From a virus: 64,000 nucleotides of DNA. This document shows positions 1 to 9,705 of this stretch, one piece after another (positions within the stretch are counted from its first letter, which is position 1; every line of letters begins with the position of its first letter). Made by a program: the position numbers and the translations under genes. The stretch covers positions 10,409 through 74,408 of the IMG/VR virus record IMGVR_UViG_3300023196_003068, one strand, 5' to 3'. The notes beneath the pieces were generated by a model that had not been told where the DNA came from, made no database searches, and worked only from the letters and a program-made list of their open reading frames with translations.

Positions 1-1
1 T

Positions 2-526
2 GATACATTAACTACAATTGAACCACCTAAATTTAATTGGAGAGCCTTTGTGAAACGCTTTATAGGAACATCGACGCGAGTAGATGTAAAAAAGACAAGA
101 AGAAAAAAAAGTAAGCGGTTTAAAGACATGGCGGGTTCTAGAGAACAATTCTTTTCTAACATTCTTGTAGCTATAGATACTTCTGCATCTGTAAATGAAG
201 CAGAACTTATAGAGTTTCAAAATGAATTACACCATATGCATAAGACTGGTCATGATATAGAAATCATTTTATGCGATACTCAAATACAAGACCAATTCAA
301 ATTTAATCCACGAAAGCCTTTAAAAGTAACAGGGAGAGGTGGTACAATATTTCAACCTGTTATAGATGTCTATAACAAGAATATAAGAAAATACTCCTGC
401 TTAATCTATCTTACAGATGGTGAAGCACCATCCCCTGAAAATGCTAGGGGAAATATATTATGGGTTCATTCAAGTCATTCAACAATTAATGATGAACTCC
501 CAGGAAGATGTATAAAGTTAAACTAA
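2..526 (+). CDS. VWA-domain protein (DUF2201-like metallopeptidase-associated VWA), 5'-truncated by window edge
   Basis: Frame is open from base 2 (DTLTTIEPPKFNWRAFVKRF...). MIDAS-like VAIDTSASV, GRGGT and YLTDG motifs. Directly upstream of a MoxR-type ATPase. Confidence 0.85.
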   Translation, partial: DTLTTIEPPKFNWRAFVKRFIGTSTRVDVKKTRRKKSKRFKDMAGSREQFFSNILVAIDTSASVNEAELIEFQNELHHMHKTGHDIEIILCDTQIQDQFKFNPRKPLKVTGRGGTIFQPVIDVYNKNIRKYSCLIYLTDGEAPSPENARGNILWVHSSHSTINDELPGRCIKLN

Positions 527-542
527 ATAATTTTTATGTACT

Positions 543-1781
543 ATGAGTAAATCAATCGTATCACAAGTAAACATCAAACAGTTAGAAGAAGTTTTAACTC
601 ACATGATTAATAACAATAATACAATACAACACAACGGCCAAACACCTGTAGCAATGAATGTAGTAGGTGCAGCTGGATTAGGTAAGACAAGTGTAATAAA
701 ACAAGTTGGAATAGCAAAAGGTTTTAAACCTGAAAATATTGTAAAGCTATCCCTATCTACATTTGAAGAAATAGGCGACCTTATAGGAATACCTGTTACT
801 GAATTCAAAATGGCTAAAAAGAATCCCGAAACAAAAGAAAAGAAAGCTACATACAGCACTCTATGGGTTAAAGAACAAGCAATCAATAGCTTTGAAAAAG
901 CAGGATACCTTGTAACAAATGAATCCAGAATGAGTTACTCAGTTCCTGAATGGATTGCAGGAAAGACAGGCCCCGGTATTTTAATATTAGATGATTACAC
1001 TAGAGCATCGCAAAGATTTACTCAAGCCGTAATGGAGTTAATCGAATGTCAAGAATATGCTACATGGAAATTGCCTGAAGGATGGACTATCTTACTATCA
1101 TCCAATCCAGACGACGGCATATACAATGTAACAGATCAAGACCCTGCACAACGCTCAAGATATATGAATGTATCACTAAAATTTGATGCTGAAATATGGG
1201 CTGAATGGGCAGAGAAGAATAGAATTGATTCACGATGCATAAACTTTATACTCTTAAATAAAGAGTTAGTTAAAGAAGAAGTACCCGAAGTTAACGCAAG
1301 AAGTATCACAAAATTCTTTAATTCTATATCCAGCATTAATGATTTTAACATTCCTAAAAACTTAGAGCTAATCCAATTACTTGGAGAAGGTTCACTTGGG
1401 GTTGAAGCAACAACAATGTTTACAGCATTTATTCATAATAAAATGGATAAGCTTATAACAACTCAAGAGATTTTAGATACTACCGTTCCTTTTAAAGACA
1501 TAGAAAAGAAATTACAGAAGCTCATTAAAGGGAAGAAAGATAATTACAGAGGGGATATCGCATACGTAATATGCTCCAGACTCATAACATATGCTCAATT
1601 CCATCTAACTGAAGATAATGTAACTGATGAAATTATAAAACGCATTGAAGAGCTATTATCTACAGACAGCCTTGGTACAGACCTTAAATTTGTATTAGGA
1701 AAGAAGATAACCAATCTTGATGTTCAAGCATTTAATAAGCTATTAACATCAGACGCAGTACTTGATAATATTTTAGAATAA
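543..1781 (+). CDS. MoxR-like AAA+ ATPase
   Basis: Walker A GAAGLGKT, Walker B ILILDDYTR, LSSNP sensor and DPAQRSR arginine-finger region; paired with the VWA gene. Confidence 0.88.
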   Translation: MSKSIVSQVNIKQLEEVLTHMINNNNTIQHNGQTPVAMNVVGAAGLGKTSVIKQVGIAKGFKPENIVKLSLSTFEEIGDLIGIPVTEFKMAKKNPETKEKKATYSTLWVKEQAINSFEKAGYLVTNESRMSYSVPEWIAGKTGPGILILDDYTRASQRFTQAVMELIECQEYATWKLPEGWTILLSSNPDDGIYNVTDQDPAQRSRYMNVSLKFDAEIWAEWAEKNRIDSRCINFILLNKELVKEEVPEVNARSITKFFNSISSINDFNIPKNLELIQLLGEGSLGVEATTMFTAFIHNKMDKLITTQEILDTTVPFKDIEKKLQKLIKGKKDNYRGDIAYVICSRLITYAQFHLTEDNVTDEIIKRIEELLSTDSLGTDLKFVLGKKITNLDVQAFNKLLTSDAVLDNILE

Positions 1782-1798
1782 CATAAATCTATATGTAA

Positions 1799-1825
1799 AA
1801 GGGGAGGAGAAATTCTCCCCTTATT
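1799..1825 (+). terminator. Hairpin, possible weak intrinsic terminator
   Basis: AAGGGGAG (1799-1806) pairs with CTCCCCTT (1815-1822); short T-tract. Confidence 0.5.
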
Positions 1826-2254
1826 ATGATGAACAAGCCTATTTTAAATAAGAAGCGATATAATCGCATGAAACAAATGATGAAAGGAACTGATGAAGAC
1901 CTTAAACTTATCATAAACATCATTGATAATTGTAATATTGAAGAATCATTATTATATATCCTTGCATTAATACCCCATCGTTATGATGAAAAAAAAACAA
2001 TGGCTACACCCATAACAAGGAGTTATAAATTATTTACCTTCCTATCAGATCTAGACCCCACCATTGGAAGATTTGTGGGAATTCAATATGATCTAAATAA
2101 GTTAATAGATGTTTGGAAAGCTCATTGCATTAGAGAAAACAAGAATCCAACACAAGGAAGTAAATTCTTAGCTATGGAGTATATTGAACCACCAAAAAAT
2201 CTTAACGTTAAATCCACAATACCAAAACTCAATCCTAAAAGAAAACAAAGATGA
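1826..2254 (+). CDS. Hypothetical protein
   Basis: 142-aa ORF filling the gap; ATGA overlap with the next gene. Confidence 0.7.
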   Translation: MMNKPILNKKRYNRMKQMMKGTDEDLKLIINIIDNCNIEESLLYILALIPHRYDEKKTMATPITRSYKLFTFLSDLDPTIGRFVGIQYDLNKLIDVWKAHCIRENKNPTQGSKFLAMEYIEPPKNLNVKSTIPKLNPKRKQR

Positions 2255-3306
2255 ATACACCAGAAAAAGATACATTAAAACAAGAGAAAGAATTCCAAGA
2301 AGAAAAATTTTACTTCAGCTTTAGTTCATTAGTAAAACTACTAACTGATCCAAGAGTATTTTATAGAGATTACATATTAAAAGAACGAGAAGAATTAAGT
2401 GCGAAATACTTAGACATAGGAGAATTAGTACATTGCTTTGTTTTAGAACCTGAAAACTTTGAAGACAAATTTGTCCTTATGTCAAAAAAAGTACCAGGAG
2501 GAAAGCTAAAAGAAGTTATTGATGATGTATACAACAAGTCATTCCCTTCTACTGACGTTCCTTTAGATGATTTAAGTATGAGAGATTTAATAATCTCTAC
2601 ATTAAAAGAGTGCGATTTATATCAGGGACTTGTAGACTCTAAGAAAGAAGTTAATGGTGTAAAACCAACTGGCGATGATAAAAGATTAGAAAAGGCTGTT
2701 ACCCCGGAAACGATTGAATACTTTAATGTATTAAGAGAAGGAGAAACTAAGACTATTGTAGATATAAACACAAGTATTATTGCAAAAGAAAAAGCCAATG
2801 CGATACTTAATAACAAAACAGCTATGTCCCTATTGGAAATAGCAGAAGAAGATCAGGATTTACATATAGAAATACATAAAGAAATCGAACTTAAAGCTGA
2901 ATTAGATAGCTATGCATTTGGATTGAAAGGTATTATTGACTGCGTAAAAGTTGACTATGAAAATGATACCATACATATTATAGACATAAAAACAACATCC
3001 AAGACTCTAAATGATTGGACTAAAGGTTTTGGCACCTCGCCCTATAAGTATTGGCTACAACCAATTGTATATAAAGAACTATTGTTATCTCTTATTCGCA
3101 GGAACGATAGAAAAGAATGGAAAATGAAGGTTCATTATGTAGTTATTGATAAAGACAACCAGGTATATTGCTACCCAGTATCTACAGAATCCTTACGAAT
3201 ATGGGAAAAAGAAGCTAAAGAATCTTATGATATCGCCAAATGGCATTTAGAAAACAATAACTTTGAATTACCATACAACTATGCAAACAATTTTGTAGAA
3301 CTATAA
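2251..3306 (+). CDS. PD-(D/E)xK exonuclease (RecB/exonuclease VIII-like)
   Basis: FSFSSL N-terminus, GELVHC, LKGIID...IIDIKTT, YWLQPIVY motifs. Confidence 0.85.
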   Translation: MNTPEKDTLKQEKEFQEEKFYFSFSSLVKLLTDPRVFYRDYILKEREELSAKYLDIGELVHCFVLEPENFEDKFVLMSKKVPGGKLKEVIDDVYNKSFPSTDVPLDDLSMRDLIISTLKECDLYQGLVDSKKEVNGVKPTGDDKRLEKAVTPETIEYFNVLREGETKTIVDINTSIIAKEKANAILNNKTAMSLLEIAEEDQDLHIEIHKEIELKAELDSYAFGLKGIIDCVKVDYENDTIHIIDIKTTSKTLNDWTKGFGTSPYKYWLQPIVYKELLLSLIRRNDRKEWKMKVHYVVIDKDNQVYCYPVSTESLRIWEKEAKESYDIAKWHLENNNFELPYNYANNFVEL

Positions 3307-3322
3307 GACTTTTATATATTTG
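3292..3322 (+). promoter_or_regulatory. Bacteroidota housekeeping-sigma promoter (-33/-7)
   Basis: TTTG at 3292-3295, 19-nt spacer, TATATTTG at 3315-3322 matches TTTG-N19-21-TAnnTTTG; 15 nt before the ATG at 3338. Confidence 0.65.
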
Positions 3323-3337
3323 AACTAAATAAAATTT

Positions 3338-3751
3338 ATGCCAAAAGAAATCAACAACAACGCAATTGGGAACATAATGCTTATTAAAAGTTCGTTCCAA
3401 CAAGAACAAATGGAGAAAGCAGTAGATAATTTCTCAGGAGTTCCAATGTCTACAGACTCACCCTTTGTAGAGATAATTTGGGATCCTGTAAGATACACTC
3501 TTGCTATTATCAGCAAAATTAAAAAGGAATCTTTTCATTTCTTACCTAAGTTAAATGGTAGTGGAATTCCATTACCAAACAACAACAAACAATCAGCTGC
3601 TCAAGTGCCATATCAGCAAGAAAGAGTGCTTATTGAAACATTCCATGAATACTTCATTGAAGATTTGGATGATGTTAAAAAATTCTTAACTGTATATGCC
3701 TACAATCAAGATTTTGATTGGGATGCCTTTGTTGGTAAGAAGAAAGAATAA
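3338..3751 (+). CDS. Hypothetical protein
   Basis: 137-aa ORF between a promoter match and a terminator. Confidence 0.8.
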   Translation: MPKEINNNAIGNIMLIKSSFQQEQMEKAVDNFSGVPMSTDSPFVEIIWDPVRYTLAIISKIKKESFHFLPKLNGSGIPLPNNNKQSAAQVPYQQERVLIETFHEYFIEDLDDVKKFLTVYAYNQDFDWDAFVGKKKE

Positions 3752-3770
3752 TAAAGAAGCCTTTAATATG

Positions 3771-3799
3771 AAGGGTACTCAAACGAGTGCCCTTTTTTT
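3771..3799 (+). terminator. Intrinsic terminator
   Basis: AAGGGTACTC-AAAC-GAGTGCCCTT followed by a T run. Confidence 0.8.
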
Positions 3800-3811
3800 A
3801 TCTCATAACAT

Positions 3812-5872
3812 ATGAAAAAAACATACATACATGACTATGAAACAATAAAGAACTGTTTCCTTGCTGTTTATATAAACATTAAGGACACGAAAGAAATAAT
3901 AAAATTTGAGGTATCCACTTATGAAAATAAATTCACTCAATATATAGCATTCCTTGATGAAATCATGGAAAAACATTACCTGGTTTCATTTAATGGACTA
4001 AACTTCGATTCTCAAGTAGCATTATATTGTTATAAAAATAAAGATGCATTTTTTAAATGGTCTGGAGAAGAAATAGCTACAAGCATATTTGAATTTGTAC
4101 AAACGCTTATAGAGACAAAGAACAAAAAAGGATATCCGATATACTATATTAAAGAACTACCCTTTAGAGAGATCGATTTAGCTGAGATTAACAATTATAA
4201 CAATCAGCAAAAGTTTGCATCTTTAAAATGGTTGCAATACAATATGGATTGGCACAATATCATGGACATGAATTGTAAGCCAGACAGTATTCTTAATATG
4301 AAAGAAATCATAGAGCTCACCGTCTATTGTATCAATGATTGCCTTTCGACTAGAGAACTATTAACCCGAAATATAGAGCTAATTAAGGTAAGAAAGGATT
4401 TATCTAAACACTTTAAAATAGACCTTCAAAATTTATCTGAACCTAAGCTCGTCAAAGCTATCCTACTTGATTTATTAAGTAAGGATATGAATATTGATAA
4501 AGCCGAATTAAAAGAAATGAAAACATATAGGAACGTCATCCACTTAGGAGAAGCAATACTTCCTTATATTGAATTCATCACAAAACCTTTACAAAACACC
4601 CTACATAAGTTCAAGCAACTAAAATTAGATGCGGATAATTTAAAGGGAAGTTTTAAGCATAAAATCACATACAGAGGGTTGCAGTTATCTTTTGCTCTTG
4701 GAGGAATTCATGGTGCTAAAAGAGGCTTATATAGGCATAGTGAAGATATGATTATTAAATCATTTGATGTCAAATCATATTACCCAAACCTATGCATACG
4801 TAATAAATGGAGCCCAGCACATCTTCCTGCAGATATTTTCTGTAAAAGATATGTGTGGTTCTATGACGAAAGATTAAAATATCCTAAATCAAATCCATTA
4901 AACTATCTATATAAGATTGTGTTAAACTCAGCGTTTGGCTTAAGCAATGAAAAGAATAGCTTTTTAAAAGATAGCATGTTTACAATGCAAATAACGTGTA
5001 ATGGACAACTGCTGCTAATACAGCTATTGGAAAAGCTTTGTGAAAATATACCAGGAGCAAGGCCCATTATGGTTAATACAGATGGAGGAGAAATAATATT
5101 TCCCAAAGAACATGAATCTCAATATGATTTGATATGTAAGCAATGGGAAGAAACAACTAACTTAATATTAGAGTATGAATACTATGAAAAACTAATTATA
5201 TGGGACGTAAATAATTATATTGGAATATTCAAGCCTTATGAAATAACTGAAGATGAGGCTAATGATATGTTTAAGAAAACATACCCAAAACCTTTAATAA
5301 AGAAAACGAATGGTAAATTTTATCACTATCCGGTTAAGCTTAAGGGAAGGTTTGATATCAATAAAGAGTTACATAAAAATAAAAGCTATAGAATAAAAGC
5401 TATAGCAATATACAATTACTTTATACACAATGTAAGTCCAGAAAAGACAGTTAATGCCTGCAAAAATATATATGATTTTTGTGCAGGTATCCGGGCTAAA
5501 GGTGATTGGAAGATAATACAAACATGCGTTGAAGACGGAGATTTATATAATTATAACACACAAAAAACAATGCGTTATTATATAGCAAATCGTGGATGTA
5601 AATTAATCAAAGAACAGCGCACTGTTATTGAAAAACCATTAGACATAAAAAATACAAAGGGAGATGTAGTTAAGCATTATAAAAAAGGAGATGTTGTAGT
5701 AAAACAAATCAAAGTAGAAGCATCTAATGTAATGGAGCAAGTTGCTATAAAAATCGATCCCGATAAAAAGTTTGAAGATTATGACATTAATCTCGCATAT
5801 TATTTACGCCTAATTAAAAAAGAAATAGAAACAGTAGAACCCTTAAACAAAACTAAAAGTTTATTCTCATGA
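3812..5872 (+). CDS. polB: Family B DNA polymerase with 3'-5' exonuclease (crAss-like type)
   Basis: ExoI HDYET, ExoII SFNGLNFD, ExoIII YCIND; polymerase motifs DVKSYYPN, YKIVLNSAFG, NTDG. Confidence 0.93.
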   Translation: MKKTYIHDYETIKNCFLAVYINIKDTKEIIKFEVSTYENKFTQYIAFLDEIMEKHYLVSFNGLNFDSQVALYCYKNKDAFFKWSGEEIATSIFEFVQTLIETKNKKGYPIYYIKELPFREIDLAEINNYNNQQKFASLKWLQYNMDWHNIMDMNCKPDSILNMKEIIELTVYCINDCLSTRELLTRNIELIKVRKDLSKHFKIDLQNLSEPKLVKAILLDLLSKDMNIDKAELKEMKTYRNVIHLGEAILPYIEFITKPLQNTLHKFKQLKLDADNLKGSFKHKITYRGLQLSFALGGIHGAKRGLYRHSEDMIIKSFDVKSYYPNLCIRNKWSPAHLPADIFCKRYVWFYDERLKYPKSNPLNYLYKIVLNSAFGLSNEKNSFLKDSMFTMQITCNGQLLLIQLLEKLCENIPGARPIMVNTDGGEIIFPKEHESQYDLICKQWEETTNLILEYEYYEKLIIWDVNNYIGIFKPYEITEDEANDMFKKTYPKPLIKKTNGKFYHYPVKLKGRFDINKELHKNKSYRIKAIAIYNYFIHNVSPEKTVNACKNIYDFCAGIRAKGDWKIIQTCVEDGDLYNYNTQKTMRYYIANRGCKLIKEQRTVIEKPLDIKNTKGDVVKHYKKGDVVVKQIKVEASNVMEQVAIKIDPDKKFEDYDINLAYYLRLIKKEIETVEPLNKTKSLFS

Positions 5873-7287
5873 ACAGACCCAATTATTACAAATATTGTAC
5901 AGAAGAATTCTTACGAAATGTAGAATTACCAAAGAAAACAAAATCATACACGCCAATTACACATGGCGAGATAATAGATAAAGTTAACGCAGAACTAAGT
6001 AATGCCGGCTTTATTATAGAGAAAAGCGAATACATATATACCTATGACGGTAAAATTGTAGTATCAAAAATATATATTAAATCAGATAAAGATCCAGAAA
6101 TGGGAATGCTATTTTCCTGGGCTAATTCATACAACAAAATGGTTAAATTTAGTTGTGGAATTGGAGCATTTATATACGAAAATAAAGCATCATTCTTTGG
6201 AACTGAAGGATTATCCTGGAATAGAAAACATACAGGTACCGCTAATCAAGAGGCGTTTACTATTATTGAACAAATAGTTGATAATGCGGATGCACACTTT
6301 ACCAAAATTATTGAAGAAAGAGATCAAATGAAAAGGAATCCCATGTCTATTGAACTATATGGACAATTGATGGGAGCTTTATATTTTGAACATGAAATAC
6401 TAACGTCATCACAAGTATCGTTTACTAATCATGAATATAAAGACAAAAAATCCACAGCTACTGATAAAGAAAACCTTTGGGGCTTATATAAATTATTAAT
6501 GTTTGGAATGGAAGCTGCAATTATTGCTAAATGGCAAACATCTCAGCAAAAGTTACATCATTTAATAATGACTGAATATGCCATTGCTACAGACGATTAT
6601 TTATCAATTGCAGTAGGTACAACAGCACAATCAGACAATCCAATGCCAACGATTGGAGAAAATGCTGGAATAAATAAGGAAGCTCCTTTACAACCAGGAG
6701 AACTTAGAGAAACCGATCCTCCCGAAGTAATACCTGCAGTATTTGTAGATAACAACGATGATAAAATAACAGCTGTAGAAGAAGGTTTAGACCATTATAC
6801 GGGAGATGAAGATCCATTCAAGGATGAATTAAAAGTAGCTGAAGTTGACTTTGAAGATGATGGCAGACCAGTAGCTACACCTGAGATACCTGTAGGTGAT
6901 ACTCCAGAAATTACAGGGGTACCTGACGGAAATGTGTTATCTGATACAGAAGAAGACATAAATATATTAACTGTAAATGAACATCTAACACATGTGCCAG
7001 ATTCTGAATTAGAGAACCTATTTCCGGAAGATGATGAAAAAGAAGCTTTATTAGATGCAGCTGCAGCTATTAAAGATCCAGTTCCAATCATTGATCCGGT
7101 AAAAGAAACAGAAAGTTTCTTAGATATTAAGGAGCATGATGTTCCAAAAGAAGTATCTAAAGAAGATACGGCAATAGAAAAGAAAATGAAAACATTATTT
7201 GGCTCAGTTCAACCATATACAATAGAAGAGAACGATACTCAAATAAACGTCATTTTAAACGAAACAAAAGAATGTTTCTTTGTTTGA
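5869..7287 (+). CDS. DUF932-like protein with long acidic low-complexity C-terminal tail
   Basis: LPKKTKSYTPITHGEII, NSYNK, RKHTG and LWGLY motifs in the first ~240 aa; D/E/P-rich remainder. Confidence 0.65.
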   Translation: MNRPNYYKYCTEEFLRNVELPKKTKSYTPITHGEIIDKVNAELSNAGFIIEKSEYIYTYDGKIVVSKIYIKSDKDPEMGMLFSWANSYNKMVKFSCGIGAFIYENKASFFGTEGLSWNRKHTGTANQEAFTIIEQIVDNADAHFTKIIEERDQMKRNPMSIELYGQLMGALYFEHEILTSSQVSFTNHEYKDKKSTATDKENLWGLYKLLMFGMEAAIIAKWQTSQQKLHHLIMTEYAIATDDYLSIAVGTTAQSDNPMPTIGENAGINKEAPLQPGELRETDPPEVIPAVFVDNNDDKITAVEEGLDHYTGDEDPFKDELKVAEVDFEDDGRPVATPEIPVGDTPEITGVPDGNVLSDTEEDINILTVNEHLTHVPDSELENLFPEDDEKEALLDAAAAIKDPVPIIDPVKETESFLDIKEHDVPKEVSKEDTAIEKKMKTLFGSVQPYTIEENDTQINVILNETKECFFV

Positions 7288-7452
7288 GAAGGGGTAAGGT
7301 GTAAGGAGATAAAGCTCGTCATTGCGGAGACGAGGAAAATAATTTAATCATGCTATTAGTTATTGTCCTTCCCTAGTGTGAATAAGTAACTATGTGCACA
7401 AACCTTTCCTTACGGTAAAGTACATTGAGGAATGATTAAAAACGCGGTGACT
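7288..7452 (+). ncRNA. Candidate structured RNA in non-coding gap
   Basis: Several complementary pairs: CTCGTC/GACGAG, TTTAATCAT/ATGATTAAA, TAGTTAT/GTAACTA, ATGTGC/GTACAT; ends at a terminator. Family not recognised. Confidence 0.3.
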
Positions 7453-7480
7453 AGCCCCCTACCATAGTGGGGGCTTTTTT
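7453..7480 (+). terminator. Intrinsic terminator
   Basis: AGCCCCC...GGGGGCT stem followed by TTTTT. Confidence 0.85.
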
Positions 7481-7498
7481 ATTATAAAATACTTAACA

Positions 7499-7696
7499 AT
7501 GAGTAAAAAAAGATACGATGTAATATCACCAGACGGGATTCCAATTAGATATTTTAATTGGAAGACTAAAAAAGAAGCTCAACAAGGATTACTTACTTGG
7601 ATGGAGCGATATGAAACACAGGGTTATTATAGCTCTAATCAAGGAAGGATACCCTTAGATAAGTTAGAATCACAATGTAAAATTATAGAAATTTAG
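7499..7696 (+). CDS. Small hypothetical protein
   Basis: 65 aa, A-rich leader, 1 nt before the next ATG. Confidence 0.75.
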   Translation: MSKKRYDVISPDGIPIRYFNWKTKKEAQQGLLTWMERYETQGYYSSNQGRIPLDKLESQCKIIEI

Positions 7697-7697
7697 T

Positions 7698-8774
7698 ATG
7701 ACACAAGAATCAATTACATTATCGTACCAGCAGGGTACGTCAGACAAAGTGTATAACGCAGAATTAACAAAACAACCAGAAGGTTGGGTAGTCAATTTTG
7801 CATATGGAAGGAGAGGTAACTCCTTAAATACAGGAACAAAAACCAAAGAACCAGTTACATATGAAGTAGCTAAAAAGACTTATGATAAATTAGTAAAATC
7901 CAAGACAGCTAAAGGATATAAAACTAATGGAGCCAATGGGTCTTCCATAAGCGTAATTACAGATAAAGAAGATAGCGGAATCTATCCTCAATTATTAAAT
8001 GAAATTACAGAAGAACAAGCAATGCTTTTTATTAACGATCCTAACTATTGTATGCAGGAAAAATTTGATGGCAAACGTAGGTTGATTATCAAAAATAAAG
8101 ATAACTCAATACAGGGTATTAATAAAAAAGGAATAGTTATAGCCTTAACAAAAGAAATAGAAGATATTTCTAAAGGGGTTAATGGTCCATATATCATAGA
8201 CGGAGAAGATATGGGAGATGTAATAATGTTATTTGACAACATAACTAATCCTGATGAAGCTTATATGCATAGATATCATAAACTATCTAAACTAATAGGC
8301 TCTCCAACCAATAATATACCACTCAAAGTAGTAACAACAGCTTGGGATAAAAATGCCAAGCTCAACACTTTTTGTCGATTAAAACAAGAAAGAGCTGAAG
8401 GAGTTGTATTTAAACATATCTCAGCATTTTACTCAGCCGGAAGACCAGCATCGGGAGGTAGTCAATACAAGTGCAAATTCTATGAGACAGCATCATGTAT
8501 AGTAGAAAGCATAAGTTCTGTCAAGAACTCTATAGGACTAAAGGTTTATGATGATTCACATCCTGTATCATTAGTAGGAGTTCCTGTAGGAAATACAACA
8601 CTTTATCCTAATTCTCCTAAAGTTAAAATTGGAGATATAGTAGAAATAAAGTATCTATACTATAATGAAGGAGGTTCTTTGTACCAACCGGTACTGCTTG
8701 CTGTAAGAGATGATGTGGATACAGATGAGTGTCTATTATCTAAACTTAAAAGAAAGAAAGATGAAACTCCTTAA
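7698..8774 (+). CDS. WGR-domain-fused ATP-dependent DNA ligase
   Basis: N-terminal SDKVY...YGRRG...KTAKGY WGR pattern; adenylation motif QEKFDG, IIDGE, EGVVFK, KCK; C-terminal OB-fold VEIKY...LYQPV..VRDD. Confidence 0.88.
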   Translation: MTQESITLSYQQGTSDKVYNAELTKQPEGWVVNFAYGRRGNSLNTGTKTKEPVTYEVAKKTYDKLVKSKTAKGYKTNGANGSSISVITDKEDSGIYPQLLNEITEEQAMLFINDPNYCMQEKFDGKRRLIIKNKDNSIQGINKKGIVIALTKEIEDISKGVNGPYIIDGEDMGDVIMLFDNITNPDEAYMHRYHKLSKLIGSPTNNIPLKVVTTAWDKNAKLNTFCRLKQERAEGVVFKHISAFYSAGRPASGGSQYKCKFYETASCIVESISSVKNSIGLKVYDDSHPVSLVGVPVGNTTLYPNSPKVKIGDIVEIKYLYYNEGGSLYQPVLLAVRDDVDTDECLLSKLKRKKDETP

Positions 8775-9414
8775 AAACAAATGGGAAATAAAACCTCTGC
8801 TTCTTAATGAAGCAAGAGGTTTTGTAGAAGAACATCACTATGCTCATGGATGTGGTAAAGTTGCTACAGAATGCTATGGGCTATATTTTAAAGGAGATCC
8901 TTATACGTTACATGGTGTAGCTATATGGAATCCTCCAGCTTATGGAGCAGCCATTAAAGCTCACAATGATTTTGCAAATGTACTTTCATTGACCAGGTTC
9001 TGCTTAGTTGATGAACGTCCTGAAAATGCTGGTTCATTCTTAATAAGTAATAGTGTATCAAGAGTTCAACGTAGATACCATACCTTATTAACTTATGCAG
9101 ACACAGCTCTTAATCATAATGGAGGGCTGTATAGAGCATCTAATTGGAGTTATGATGGATTAACTAACCCTGCCCCTAGATGGTGGGATCCTGTAGAAGA
9201 ACGATTAGTATCTCAAAAACGTGGACCTAAGACATATAACAAACAAGAAATGTTAGATATGGGTAACGAGTATCTTGGTAAATTCCAGATGCATAAGTAT
9301 CTGTATCCACGCTTTGGTCAAAGAAAGAATATAACTATAACACCAAAATCAATGGAACTTGATTTTATTCAAACAGAATTAACATTCACTAAAGACGGTA
9401 AATTAAGAAAGTAA
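8761..9414 (+). CDS. Mom-like (GNAT-fold) DNA adenine modification enzyme
   Basis: HHY, LTRFCL...NAGSFLIS, LLTYADTALNHNGGLYRASNW are phage Mu Mom-family signatures. Start moved from 8710 to the ATG at 8761. Confidence 0.8.
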   Translation: MKLLKNKWEIKPLLLNEARGFVEEHHYAHGCGKVATECYGLYFKGDPYTLHGVAIWNPPAYGAAIKAHNDFANVLSLTRFCLVDERPENAGSFLISNSVSRVQRRYHTLLTYADTALNHNGGLYRASNWSYDGLTNPAPRWWDPVEERLVSQKRGPKTYNKQEMLDMGNEYLGKFQMHKYLYPRFGQRKNITITPKSMELDFIQTELTFTKDGKLRK

Positions 9415-9416
9415 AC

Positions 9417-9590
9417 ATGAAAGAGTCTATTATAAATAAAGAAGGAAAAAAATTAATTGGTGCAACAGCAGTTGCTGATATGATTAAAACCGTAGTCAAC
9501 TCATTAAAGGAGGGGCAAAAAGAAGAATACTTAAAAACAATAGTTTCAGAATTAAAAAAAGAATATGGCAGTAGATTTAAGATGTCCTGA
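9417..9590 (+). CDS. Small hypothetical protein (57 aa, not in ORF track)
   Basis: MKESIINKEGKKLIGATAVADMIK...FKMS*; starts 2 nt after the previous stop. Confidence 0.6.
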   Translation: MKESIINKEGKKLIGATAVADMIKTVVNSLKEGQKEEYLKTIVSELKKEYGSRFKMS

Positions 9591-9705
9591 TTGTGCAGAC
9601 AATTTAGGAAAAGACGTAGAGAACCCTAACCCCGCATATTGTGGAAATTGTGGTGAAGATAATATTAAAAATCCTAGAGGATATAAAGAAGAAGAAGATG
9701 AGTAG
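9565..9705 (+). CDS. Small Zn-ribbon protein (46 aa, not in ORF track)
   Basis: MAVDLRCPDCADNLGKDVENPNPAYCGNCGEDNIKNPRGYKEEEDE*: two CxxC pairs. Confidence 0.7.
   Translation: MAVDLRCPDCADNLGKDVENPNPAYCGNCGEDNIKNPRGYKEEEDE

Noticed and set aside
3812-5872. Intron, intein or homing endonuclease interrupting the polymerase
   Set aside because: All exonuclease and polymerase motifs are in one continuous 686-aa ORF with ordinary spacing.
7288-7465. tRNA, tmRNA, RNase P or HDV/hammerhead ribozyme (GGGG start, ACCA near the end, GAGGAAA)
   Set aside because: No T-loop GTTCRA, no RNase P P4 pairing, no CUGAUGA core, and spacing is incompatible with the HDV fold. The ACCA lies in the terminator loop.
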